This document shows, piece by piece, positions 23,201-35,084 of a stretch of 64,000 bases of DNA. A program made the position numbers and the translations under genes. This stretch comes from Massalongia carnosa (Eukaryota), in assembly GCA_965645245.1 (NCBI GenBank), contig OZ287077.1, positions 1,612,001-1,676,000 of the forward strand. The letters are read 5' to 3'. The notes under the pieces were generated by a model that saw only the letters and a program-made list of their open reading frames with translations, searched no databases and was not told the DNA's origin. Position 1 is the first letter of the stretch; each line of letters opens with the position of its first letter.

Positions 23201-25249
23201 GTCGAGCTCGTCCTCCTGCTGCCCTGTCTTCCCTTCCACCTGTCTCGTCTCTTTTCCTTCTTCTCTTTCCTTCGACTCCCTCATCCTTTGAGGAAAAAGA
23301 AAGAGGCCTAGTGAAATCCAAGCTCAGCTAGCTGGCGGTCGCAGATCCTTCCGTCTCCATCTCTATCGAATTTTGAAGGGGTCAAGGCTCTTGGAGTGGC
23401 GAGGTGGTTCACAATAAAGGTTTTGGCGCTGGCATTTCGTCTCCTCGGTGTTTACTGCAAAAGGCAAAAATAAGGGGGTATGAGAGAGGATGACAAGGGT
23501 TTTTCGCCCAGAGTCCTGGATTTCTTTTACCAAGCTAGTGCTGAGATGCTTTTAGCGAGTGAATAGATGAAGAACAAGCGGGTGAAAAGGAAATAGACGA
23601 GGTCTTATGAGGTACGAAGCTATGGTCTTTATGGGGAATGGAGTATATAAAATAAAAAATTGGGAACAGGATACTCGCGATGATCAAAGGGATAGAAGGA
23701 AAGCTGTATTGCATCAGGTTAAGTTTATTAAGCAGAGTAAACGTCAAAGAAAGTGTTGATGCAATGTTTCCATTCTTCGGATATTTAGAAATCGAATATC
23801 TATGCCTTTCTTGAGTGCTTCGTATGCCTAAGATTGACAGATCGAAACTCGGTTCTCGATTTTGAGTATCGGAGTCGAAACTAAATACTTGATACTTGAT
23901 ACCGGCCATGCTTCTATTTACGCTTGCAACAATTTCACTCCTTTCCCAGCGTTGTGGCTTCACTCCCTGTGACTGAAAGAGGAAAGAGGATACCTGTTGC
24001 TCCTCTCACATAGCCGTGATGGGCTTGGAGAGGAGGGCGCTAGTAATATCTGTTTAAACGATAGATGAAAAAAGAGTTGGACGGGGAATTGGGAAATCCT
24101 CGCGAGGGTAAGAGAGAGAGCACACGCTGTCAGTCACCATCAACGGGTGCGTATATGTACCTAAGCATCCAGAATGTCTGCTATAGGGGTTTTGTGGTGT
24201 ACTGAACGGGCTGAAAAAGCATCCAGCTGCATACGCGACTCCCAGTACCTTGATTCTTTCCCATTCAAAAGAAGAAAACAAGACACACTTGACCGCGCAA
24301 GTGAACGACTTCTTCCCCTCCCCCCCCCAGTTCTTCCTCCCCCCCCCAGTTCTTCCTCCTCGATCAACAGTTATGATCTTTGTCATGCCTCACCCTCCAT
24401 CGCCAATGTCATGTACAAGTCGCAAGAAAACAACCTTCTGCAGCTAGGAACGCAAGAACGCAGTCTGTATTGGAGTGGATCACCCCGCAAGCCAACGCTC
24501 TGACGCTGCACATTTGACGTTGTCAATGAATGATGGATGACCGGTGGTGCTTGGACAAGAGAAACGATGATGATGAAGAAGAGGGGGATGGGAAGTTGGA
24601 GGTCCGGGTTCCCATTGGCGGCCATGGATCATGTCTACCCCCTCCCAAGGAAAAGAAAAGGATGCCTTCCCTGCATGAACTAGAGACGAACGATTCGCCC
24701 ACCAAGCCATTCTCAGTCATCTGGTGCTGCCCAAGGACCCTAAAATCCCTCCAGTCCCAAAGCACGATCCCGCTTAGCCTGCCGCGAACCCCAGACAGAT
24801 TCACTCCCGACCAACCAAAATCCCAGAGCCAGCGAGTAGGGACAACCTTCCCGGAAACCCTATTCGCTGCTTCATTCATTAATCGCATCGTCCGCCTTCG
24901 CCTTTCCCGCCATGCGCTGCCCAAAGCTAAATTATTCAAGATTTCTCTAAAGAAAAAGAAAAAGAATAGAGAGAAAAAAAGAACGCCGTATACTTACCTC
25001 ATCGCCAAAAAAAACATAATATCATCTTCCCTCGATGCCCACTATCGATATTCCAGCTCTACAACCACAAATATACCCACCGGTCTCACACTCCCAATCC
25101 AATCTCCACTCCCATACTATTAGCCCGCACGAAACCCAACCGGAAAACCCAACCATGCAACTCCCCCCTTCCCTCCCGCACTCAAAGATGTGAAAGAATC
25201 GGTCCCAAGGGAAAAAACGTCAGAAATCCCCACCGCCTAACCAAACTCC

Positions 25250-25972
25250 ATGCCCACCACCGCCCTCCCCGCCTCAATTCCAGACTCCCAGCTCGGCCTC
25301 TCCGCCTCAGAGATTCATATACTGCGCCAAAATCAGCAGATCGCCCTCGCCCATCATCAATCGTCGCCCAGCTACGCCCACTCCACCGCCAGCTCCGTCA
25401 GTCGTGGCCGCGGACATGCTCGCACCTCGGCCTCGACGTCGCGCGCCGCGAGCGCGGCGTCGAGTCAGCAGCAGGCAGGGGGTGCCGGGCGGCTGTTGCT
25501 GGATCCGGGGAGCTTGGCGGTGCTGGGGCAGCATTTCGAGCGGTTGATGGGGGCAATTCAGAACCGGGTGGAGCAGGTTCGTCCTTTTTCTAGTTTTCTT
25601 TCAACCCCGGCTCCTCCCCTTACTTTGGCCCCTTACTTCCTCCCCTCACATTCCAACTCATCACCTATCCTCCCAAACCCCAACATCAAACCATCCTTGC
25701 TAACATACCCTCCCTCCTGGAAAAAAAACTAGCTTACAACGCAAACCCACCTCTCTACTCTCAGCCAGTCCGCCCTAATCTCGCACACCACCGTCGCAGC
25801 CGCCGACGCCGAAATCGCCCGCTTCCACGACGTGCTACGCCAGATCGACGAGCTCGAGCTCGAGTTCGACAAGGTGCGGCATATCCGGGACATCGTCAAA
25901 GGCTTTCGCGCGCGCGTCGAGGGCTTGGAGAAAAGGGTGGACGGGAAGGGGGGAGCTGGGAGGAGAGCATGA
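25250..25972 (+). CDS. Small coiled-coil protein, probable BLOC-1 subunit CNL1-like
   Basis: Exon 1 is 25250-25576, GT-AG intron 25577-25732 (branch site gctaac), exon 2 25733-25972 (ADAEIARFHDVLRQIDELELEFDKVRHIRDIVKGFRARVEGLE). The gene model is firm; the family call is from memory. Confidence 0.7.
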
Positions 25973-26724
25973 TGAGGGGAAGGAAGCCGAAAAGGAGATG
26001 GAGACAGGGATTAGGGGGGAATGATGACCGAGAAGGAATTTGAACGAAGAGCTTGGAGGGGATAGGTCAGATGAAGATGGAGATGATGATTCATCTCTAT
26101 GGCTTATGAGGTTGGATACGGTGAAGAAAGGGCATAAAAGAATGGCTGAGGTACCCCTTCCATCCCTTTCCTTCCTCCCTTTCCTCCCTCCCTCTCCTCC
26201 TTTCTTCCTCTCTCCTCTTCTCCTTTGCCCATCTTTCGCTTCACTTCGCACACAGCGAGCGACAGCGACCCCGGCTCCATGTTCAACAATCAATCAATCA
26301 GCCAATGTTCCTTCCCTGCTGCCTCTCCATCTCCATCTCATCTCTCTTTCTTCCTCTCTCTTTCTCTCTCCTCCACCCTTTTCTCTCTCCTTCCCCCCCT
26401 TACCTATTACCACCCTATTCAGTTCATTCTACCAAGCCCTTCCCCTCATCCTCTCAACCTAATTCAACTCATTCTATTCATCTCATTCATAAACACCCTC
26501 GCCCCGCGAAAGAAAACAAAAAGATTAAAAAGAAAAGTGGGGCGATAAATAAAATGAACGCCTCATTGTTTTTCTATCCTTGCTCTCTTTCAGAATTTGG
26601 GGCAGGAGGAGGAGGAAGAGGAGAGAGGAAGATAAAGAGGGGATGAGATGGGATCAGAGCAGATCAAATGGGATGGAATGGGATGTGATGGAGTCCTCTT
26701 TTGATTGTACGGGAAGTGAAGAGA

Positions 26725-26782
26725 TAGCATTATTAGCATTATTAGCATTATTAGCATTATTAGCATTATTAGCATTATTAGC
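26725..26782. repeat. (TAGCATTAT)6 minisatellite
   Basis: Six perfect 9-bp units plus a partial unit. Confidence 0.95.
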
Positions 26783-29700
26783 GGCCGTGCGAGGATGAAT
26801 CCATGGCGTTGAAATTGGAATGGGAGTTTCTGGGGCTGGGATTGGCATTGGCACTGGATAAACGTTGGTGACACTGCGAGCATTGCGGACTGGCTGGCTA
26901 ATTCATCATCACGTTTTCTATTTTTTTTCTTCAACTTTGTCTTTTGTTTCATTGTACTATTTAGACGATTCTCGTTGGATTTCTTCGGTTGAGTTCTGTT
27001 TAATTGTATTCTTAAAATGGAAGGAAGGAGTTTTATTTCTAGGTCAAAGGAAGAGGAGAAGGTGTGGGCCATTGAGAGAAGCTGTGTTTTTGAGCGATAG
27101 GGTATTCGTATGCTTGTCTTCTATTCCTTTCTAATCAGTTTCTCGATAGTTTCTCTTCTTTTTCCTTTATCTTCTTTTGTTTTCTGCTCTCTGGTTTTCT
27201 CTTAGTTTTTTCCTCTCCTCTTCTCGTTCAATTGCTTTGATGAAAATGAAGAAGAAAAAATTAGAACAAATGGTTTCGATTCGAAGTGAAGGAAGATTGA
27301 TGTTAAGCTTGCGAGTTGTGAGGTGTTATTGATGAAGCTGAATTGATATCGTGTTTTAATTAAAGATGCTGAAAAAAAAGCATAAAATTTAAGATAGAAG
27401 GAACGAGCTTGTTATTTATCTTCAATATTAAAATGGACATAAACGCAATAAACCGTAAGAATAAATTTTAACTCAACAATCCTGATTATGAAATATCAAC
27501 CTCTCATCCCGGGAATAATATTCATGGTGTCAAAGAGAAAAATATTTTCATCCAAACTTACAGGAAATATAAAATCATCAAATTCCACATCCTGTTGGGG
27601 GGGGGGGGGGTATTTGGGTATTTGAGTGGTGGGTTGTGAGTGATGGGTGTTTTCTTTGCAGATTGCAGGCTGTATTTAGGTGATCGATCTATGTCTTTCT
27701 TATTTAGATTGCCCCATTTTCTTTCGCTCGCCCCTGAGGATAAATTTACTCTCTTCAAGCTGGGAGGCTGTTCAGCCCATCTACCGTATTTTTTTTGTCT
27801 TAACAGTTTAGTTTTAAGAGTGAATGGGGAAGGAAGGATGTGAAGGATGACTGATCAGTTTGGATCTTTCTTATTCTTCTTCCTCATTCTCATCCTTTTC
27901 TCGTTCTTTCGCATAACGTGAAAAATCCAAGGAAAAATGAACGAAGGAGAGAAAATCAACATCACAAGATAGTCAGGCATTATGTTCGAGCGAGCAAATG
28001 AGCAGGCGAACCGGCGGATAGGCTATCGGCTAAGGAAACGAAATGGGCCTTTGTAATAGAAATAAGATGAAAGGGTGTTTGGGAAAAGGTTTAGGTGGAG
28101 GATAATGGAAAACTAACGATGGACTTCTTCTTTCCTGTTGCTGGATTTTTGAGTTTTTGATATTGGGTCTTTGGGATTCGCCAAATCCCTAGCCATAGCC
28201 TAAAGAATCCCCATCCTTTCCTATATATCTTCTCTCTCCGAGTCCAGCTATCAAATCGGACCCTAGAAAAATGATGCGAGAGTTAAAGCTCCAAAAAATG
28301 GAGTGAATGAAGATAAGAGAAGATGACAGTAGCAAGACCTCGAAAATATATCCCCACATTGACGAAGAAGGAAACAGACTAAGGATAGACATCATGATTG
28401 GGCCTCCGAAAATGGAGGTCTAGAGGGTAATTCTATAGGATGCGACCCATCCTCATCCTTTGCTTTCGTCATTGCCTTGCAGGTTTCTTAAAGAAAGAAA
28501 AACGGCCCGCTCCTGGCATTTTGGGTGTTTTTTTTCTTTTCTTTTCAAATCGTCTTCAAGATGATGACTGGGTTCACTTTTGGTCTAGGTACATCATGCC
28601 TGCTTCCATTAGCTGAGTTCTTGCATTGGATGGGCTGTCTTTCTCTACAAAGAGACTTTCGGTTGAAGCGTAGGAATAGATAAAATAGAAGACTGTGTTA
28701 GGCAAAATGCAGGCAAAGGGTTCGTCTCGCTCGAGAGAATCGAGATGAGGTGGTATTTGGTGGACGGCGATATCTTTCATCACATACAGCTTCACGCTAG
28801 GACATCATGTTTCTCTTCCAGCACTCCCTGTCCCACCCAGTTTCCTTGGAGATGCCTTTAGCTCTTTTTCTTCCTATTTCGCGACTCAATTCCACAAGGA
28901 AAGGACTAGATCTATGGGCTTTCCACAACAGCAGACAAAACCATAATCTGGCAAGGCGAATTTGCTTTTATGAGGTTGCTATGGCTCAGGGATTTCAAGC
29001 GGATCCTGAATATCTATTAGCCATGGTATACAGCTTTCTCCAGCCCTGGAATATAAAATGAACGGGACGGGAACTGTGCTCTGGATGGAAGATGTACGGC
29101 AGGGAGGGAAGTAAAGGAGCGAGGGGAAAATCTGATCGGTCGAACACAAACCCCTGACCACCAATCTACGTCTGCTGTACCCTGTCAATAGTCTTTTCTC
29201 AACCGAGTCATTAACAAGGAGCCCTCAGCAGGGAAAGGCAACAGAGGCGTTCATGAAAACAATTTTGTCTTTTGCTTCACCACCTTACTTTCGCCAAGAA
29301 TGTGGTGCAAGCGAATGAGCTTGAGCGTTTCGGGTCTCATTGCAAGAGATTAGACACCTCCACGTAAATATGATGTATTCAGGGAGACTAGGGCTACCTG
29401 GACAGGGTGTAAACAGGAAGAGAGCGGATCGAAGGCGAAACGAAGCTCTAATCGGGAGACGTAGCACCATATTTGGATCCTTCGGTCTAGGTGATTGTAT
29501 AGGTGGGGGTATAAGCTAGCCGAGGAGATGGTGATGGTGGTATTAAGGAAAAAGCAATCATCTTCCAGGGAGTGAGGGCGGGGAGAACCGGTCAGGGGAA
29601 GTCGATGTAGAAGGAAAACTTGATTCTTCCTGCTTCTCCGCCCATCGAAAGCCCTAAAGTTGATCGTTCCCCAGAACACGGTGCTAACCCAAGCGATCTA

Positions 29701-30190
29701 GGGCTGATCGATCGCGGTTTACGGCGATTAACTCTCATGTTAATGTTTCCCAAAGGTCCAAGCGATCTTAGATAAGCAAGCGAACATGTAGGACTCATCA
29801 CGTAAGTCTGGCATTACTTGCAACAGACTAGCATGCAATACCTACAAGTATATAGATAACAGCCCCTGGCTTCCTCGAACGTCTCAAACGCTCTCAACGT
29901 CACTGAGTGATTGATCAAAACATGCTTTTTGAACCCCTAGAATCCAAAGCTATTCCATGTCCTAAAAGTTCGTCATTCAAAGCTCGGCATGCTGAGGGGA
30001 CCAAGGTCGTGAAAAAGATCCTCCCCCCGAAAAGAGTGCCGATCCAGATAATTTTTTATCCTAGAAACGCCAAGGTAATGCAGATAGGGTATAGGATGGC
30101 ATAAGCGGATCTTCCGAGCGTCGACAACGGATACACGATGAATCTCGCTAGCTATAGCGGCTTTGATAGTAAACAACGACATTGGCTATC

Positions 30191-31291
30191 TCAGGAGCTG
30201 CCGGGACTTCCACCACCGTGACAACCTCTCTCATGTCGTTTCATGTTGCTCCTCACACTAAAGGCTTTTCCGCAACCGCTGTGGGGACATTTGAAAGGTT
30301 TTTCGCCAGTATGAGAGTGACTGTGAATTCGCAAGCTCGATGGCCGTGAAAATGCTTTATTGCAGGTTTGGCAGACATAGCGATCCTGCGATTGCCCAGC
30401 AAACGCGGCGGACGATGACGGTGAGATGTAGTGATGATGTTGCCACGGATTATTGTGGTCGATTGGGGACTGTTCGTGCGGGTTAGATAGGGTCGAAGCG
30501 AGTGTATTGGTTACGCTAGGTGGCGGGAAATTGGAGGGAAGTGACCGCTGATAATACGTCCCAGACGGATTAGCGGGGGAAGTGTACGAGTAATTCGACA
30601 TAGCTCCTGGTGAGGTAGGATAGTGTAGCGCTTGATATGCAGATTGCACCGATTGCGGAGGCAATGGGTTTCCAATATGTGAGGATAGTTTGGGCGCGTG
30701 GCGCTGCTGGAGAGGTTCGTTCTCATTGAGGGCCGAACCAAAAAACGGGATGATAGCCGAGGAAGAATGGGAGGATGTAGCGGAGGGAGACTGGTTGGAG
30801 CCGTCAAACCCGAAGTCCGATCTGAGAGGAGGGCTCGGCGGTAGTGCAATAGAGTTGCTCGCGGTGGGTTGACCGTAGGCCTGTAATCGATGATCTGCCA
30901 GTTGAGGTCCATCTCCTGGATGTTGTGCTTGCGTTGACTGTCTCTCCATCTCCGCTGCTGCCGCTATCAGACAGTAACCGTGGTCTCTACATGGGGTGAA
31001 GCTACCTTGCTGCTCATGATTGGACGCCGCCATCCCAATCAAGCTCTGAATGGAAGGCAACGTACACTTGCTGTTAGGGTCCTCGACTGGCGGGGAAGGT
31101 GGGGGTTGAGGTGATTGAGTGAATACCGGCGGTTGATTTTGGAAAGGACTTGCGGTCAACACGGATGCCATATCGCCACCATACGGCTTCGGAGCTGGCG
31201 TTTGAAGCGTAGCGCTGTAAGCATTCGACGATGGGTGTGCTAATCGCTTGGACGTATGACGGATATCGTGAAGCAAGTTCGATAAGTTCAT
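30191..31291 (-). CDS. mtfA: Two-finger C2H2 transcription factor, MtfA-like
   Basis: C-terminal [55 protein letters not shown], plus WQHHHYI and LPSIQSL motifs. Probable in-frame intron from 31005 to about 30955. An alternative start lies at 31171. Orthology is from recalled motif similarity. Confidence 0.8.
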   Translation of the reverse strand: MNLSNLLHDIRHTSKRLAHPSSNAYSATLQTPAPKPYGGDMASVLTASPFQNQPPVFTQSPQPPPSPPVEDPNSKCTLPSIQSLIGMAASNHEQQGSFTPCRDHGYCLIAAAAEMERQSTQAQHPGDGPQLADHRLQAYGQPTASNSIALPPSPPLRSDFGFDGSNQSPSATSSHSSSAIIPFFGSALNENEPLQQRHAPKLSSHIGNPLPPQSVQSAYQALHYPTSPGAMSNYSYTSPANPSGTYYQRSLPSNFPPPSVTNTLASTLSNPHEQSPIDHNNPWQHHHYISPSSSAAFAGQSQDRYVCQTCNKAFSRPSSLRIHSHSHTGEKPFKCPHSGCGKAFSVRSNMKRHERGCHGGGSPGSS

Positions 31292-33751
31292 ATCTTCAAA
31301 TCAGTCGACCGTCAGTCAGGTTTTTGCCAATTCGAAGCTAGCACAGTTGAGTCCAAGCAGAAGTGGGGAGTTGAAGCAGTACGGCAGTGGGTTAATAAAG
31401 CTTCATTTGCACACGTTTTAAGGACGGACAGAGGCAAGTCTACTATCTGCAACGGCATTTCGAATGGCGCTCTGACAAAAGCAAAAATAATGGAGGATGC
31501 AGCAGACGACAAGGAGAAGGCTAATGCTTACAAGGTTTCCCACAGTGACTATACCTATCAATGTGGGTGTCAGTAGCACTCCCCTGAATCCCACATCGCC
31601 TGAAAGGAGGAATCGGGGTATCTAGAAGCAGATAGGCAAGAGACCGAGGACTGCGATAGTACAGAGTCGCGGCCAGGGCTTTCAATAGGCGTTGGCCCAA
31701 GGTATGCAGAAAGGGCAGTACCCTAGCTCGTCCAGTCGTCAAGTGCAGTCCTACCGGGTCCGGCTAAGGCAAGGCAATGTGCTTTCGGTATGTATGCGTA
31801 TGTATGCGTTTGTATGCGTACGTTTGATGATGAAGGAGGAAAGGAACGAGAATGAGAAGAGAGGATTGAGAAGTGAAAGGAAACTTAGTCAGGTACGGCG
31901 CTGCACTGTCTGTCCCGAACCTCCTAGGCGTGTGTGTATATGGGTGGGTGACTTTGACTGCTCTGACAGCTGGACCGCAGAGGGGGAGGCTTGGACACTG
32001 TACAGGTCTCTATACAGGCTTGGCGCTGATTGATATCTTCTGCAAGCTGCAAATCAGTACCGTCGTCGTGGGCAGAGCATCATTCAATGTAGCATGTATC
32101 AATTGCTTAGTAGGATGACAGTATGACGGTGATGGCACCTGGGGCATGAGTTCTTCCACCTTGGCCTCCTCCCACATGCGAGGATGACAGGTACCTAAGG
32201 TACTTTCCCTCTACTTCATACCGCAAGCAAGTATAAGGTAGCCGAGCAGGCGGCGAAGGAGTGAGAAGTGAGATGCTTGATTGATCTCGGTTAGGGTATA
32301 GAGTACATGGATTTCCTCAACCATCAGCATGAACCGAGTACAGAGTAATCCGTAGCCAGTTAGCCAATTAGCCACCTTGGCTGTCAAGTAAGGATGTCGG
32401 GATGTCCACTAAGAAGTCTATCTAGGGGTTTATCTAGGGGACGCCAAAGGGGGAGGGGAGGGATTTCGATATTCGACTAGGATCCAAAATAGGACGGCGC
32501 ACTAAGAGGGGGGGATTCCACGAATTACCTTGTTCGTCCACTGTCAGATTACCATGAACGGATGCAGTTGAATCGAGCTTGTATATCTTAGGTTAGCCTC
32601 CTTGATTTAGGGCATGGGATTATTTTCATGAATATTTTCATGAATATTTGCATTGACAAGAGACCTGCTCAAAGTAAAAATAAACAACTGTTACTCCGTA
32701 CCTACCTAGATAGATGATTTCAAATCCTCTCCAGTCTTGTATAGGAAAGAGATAAGAGGTAAAAATTATGTACGTAAGACAGAGAGAGTGAGAGGGAGAT
32801 GCATGAAGATGGCCATTCCCCTTTGATGTGCAAATCACTGCTGGTCGGGGCCAAATGGAGGTGGCACGCGAGGAATGAATTTAAAGAGACAGACAGGTTT
32901 GGCTTTGCGCCTTGCCTTGGCTAGATTTCGGCACACGCACGAGACAAGACATATGAAAAACAAGCGAGAGTAACCAGGAGCACGAGGGTGTGGCGCTGCG
33001 CATTCAAAGGCAAAAAAGGGAAAGAGGGAAGACAAGAGACTTGCGGTTTTGGGGTCGATCAAGTAGAGGCGTGCACCGGATACTTTTGGAGTGGATCTTG
33101 ACACGATCGGTTTTTTATTCAGGCATCCAGTTACCTACCATACCGGGTATTTTGATACGGAGTATTTACCAACCTAGCGTGTCTAGTTACCCTCCCTGAC
33201 TTTTATTTTTGTCACAACCAGCTCTAAAAAACAATTTCTAGCTTTAGGTGAGCAGATCACAGTCTAACCTGAGTTAGAAGTGAGCTGTCCTAATCAATCT
33301 CGGTGTAAAGCGGATTTTTAATATTAAAGGACCATTTTAATTAGGGTAATTGCTAGCGTTTTAATGTCGTTAATTTGATTACTCTGGTGATGATCAGTTG
33401 AAATAAAGCTAGTACAGAAACAGCATAGTTGTGAATGATGAAGCCAATCTTCTTGAATATGCTACAATCTTACATGTGATAATAATGTAACCCATGTGGG
33501 TTTATATAAAAAAATAATATTCAGTTAGATGAGTCTTTACAGAACTTTACAGAAACTGACTCAAGATTTCGATCACACGGTGATCAGTCTATAGTTATCC
33601 AAATAGTGAAGCCATGCTGTTGGACGGTTACAATGTTGACGCATCCTTTACACTTAAGCTCCTCTACCAGCTTCTTTCTCTGTGATTTAATTGATTCCCT
33701 TTCTTTCGCTATATATTCTCGCGATCATTAGTGCTCATTGTTTCTGTCGCA

Positions 33752-35084
33752 ATGCACAAAGAAGTAAAGCGAGATTTCTCGGGGGCTTCTCACTCTACAT
33801 TCCTCTTAGGGGGTCTTTCCCGTCCCTCATTATCTGCATCTCAAAATCCGAGCGAATCACAGAAGAATGATCCCAGATCATCTTCGCCCGTTCTATCAGA
33901 ATGTCCGAGGGAGACTCTGAAGAGGACCCTATCGATCCGCTCTGTGGTTTCTACTTCATTGAGCTTCGCTGAACTAATGAATCGGGCTAGAGCTAGAACC
34001 GCGGATAAGAGAACGGAATACCCTATCATTGGAGTAGGGTCGCGTAGAATAGTCTTCGAGATACCCGGAACGGAACTTGCGGTCAAAAAGGGAAAGGATA
34101 CTGAAGCCATGTGGAACTACTTCCTTCTTACTAATAGAGTTCATAATTGCTATTGCAGATACTCGAGAGTTACTTCAGGATGCATTTCCGAGTAGCACAA
34201 TATACAAAACTCCGCAATGCAATAAGTTCTTCCTACCAGACTCGAAAGATTATTGGGAGGCAAACCTCGACAGATTTCCTTGGTCACATAGAGAAGCAGG
34301 AGCGGTATTCCAAGTCGACCGCATCCTCCCACTCCCACAGCTGATAAGAGAAGTACTAATCGATCTATACTTTGACGACACCAATAACATATGAGAAGGG
34401 GCAAAGAACGACGAAGAGAATAAGCATTGCTTGATCCGTATTTATCTTGGAGAGAATGAGAGTCAAAAGCAGGAATCAACGTACTACGATTCGCTGCTCA
34501 ACATTCCAATGCGTTGGAGTATAATAGAAGACTTGGGGCTGGACAAACTCGCCCTGGGAAAAGAAATGGCAATCGCCCTGGCCGTCGTTAACTGGCAGGC
34601 TCCAATTGATGCCATGGACGTCGAATTTGTGCTTGGAAGTGCTGCGGCAACGCTATCGGAGAGACGGCGGGCATACGATACAGACCCAGGCTTCGGTGTA
34701 TTTCCACCCCCCTGTGATGTAGACTGGCCCGATTTTAACAAAAGATCGATCAGTATTTGGGGATTGGACTTTGATAAGGCAACTCCCATCTAGCTCACTC
34801 CCAATGACGTTGATAAGAAGCTTGTCCCCGTATTCTTAGGAAACGACCCCTACTACCTGCAGCCTGATGGCGATGAGAACTTACGGGAGGAGTTTAGCAA
34901 AACATATTTAAAGGCTAGCCGACTTATCCTGGAGAATAGACAGGAAAGGGGCTCAGTAATGAGCTTACCAAAGCGGTTCTTTAAAAAGGTGGCTGAGATG
35001 ATTAAGAAACATGAGAACTGGGATCCGAGTAGATACTGCTTTGCAAACAGTAATTGTGGAGGGGTTACTAAGGGCACGGAGTAA
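33752..35084 (+). pseudogene. DUF3669-like fungal protein pseudogene
   Basis: Joined frames give LSIRSVVST...IGVGS...VFE...DRILPLP...LIDLYF...NKHCLIRIYLG...MAIALAVVNWQAPIDAMDVEFVLGS...IWGLDFDK...FLGNDPYY. Frameshift near 34146 and in-frame stops at 34392 and 34791. Confidence 0.75.

Noticed and set aside
24050..25130. Overlapping ORFs up to 197 aa
   Set aside because: Low-complexity homopolymer-rich sequence with no domain or consistent splice structure.
26040..27140. Several ORFs of 70-160 aa
   Set aside because: They arise from CT/GA-rich tracts and the 9-bp minisatellite.
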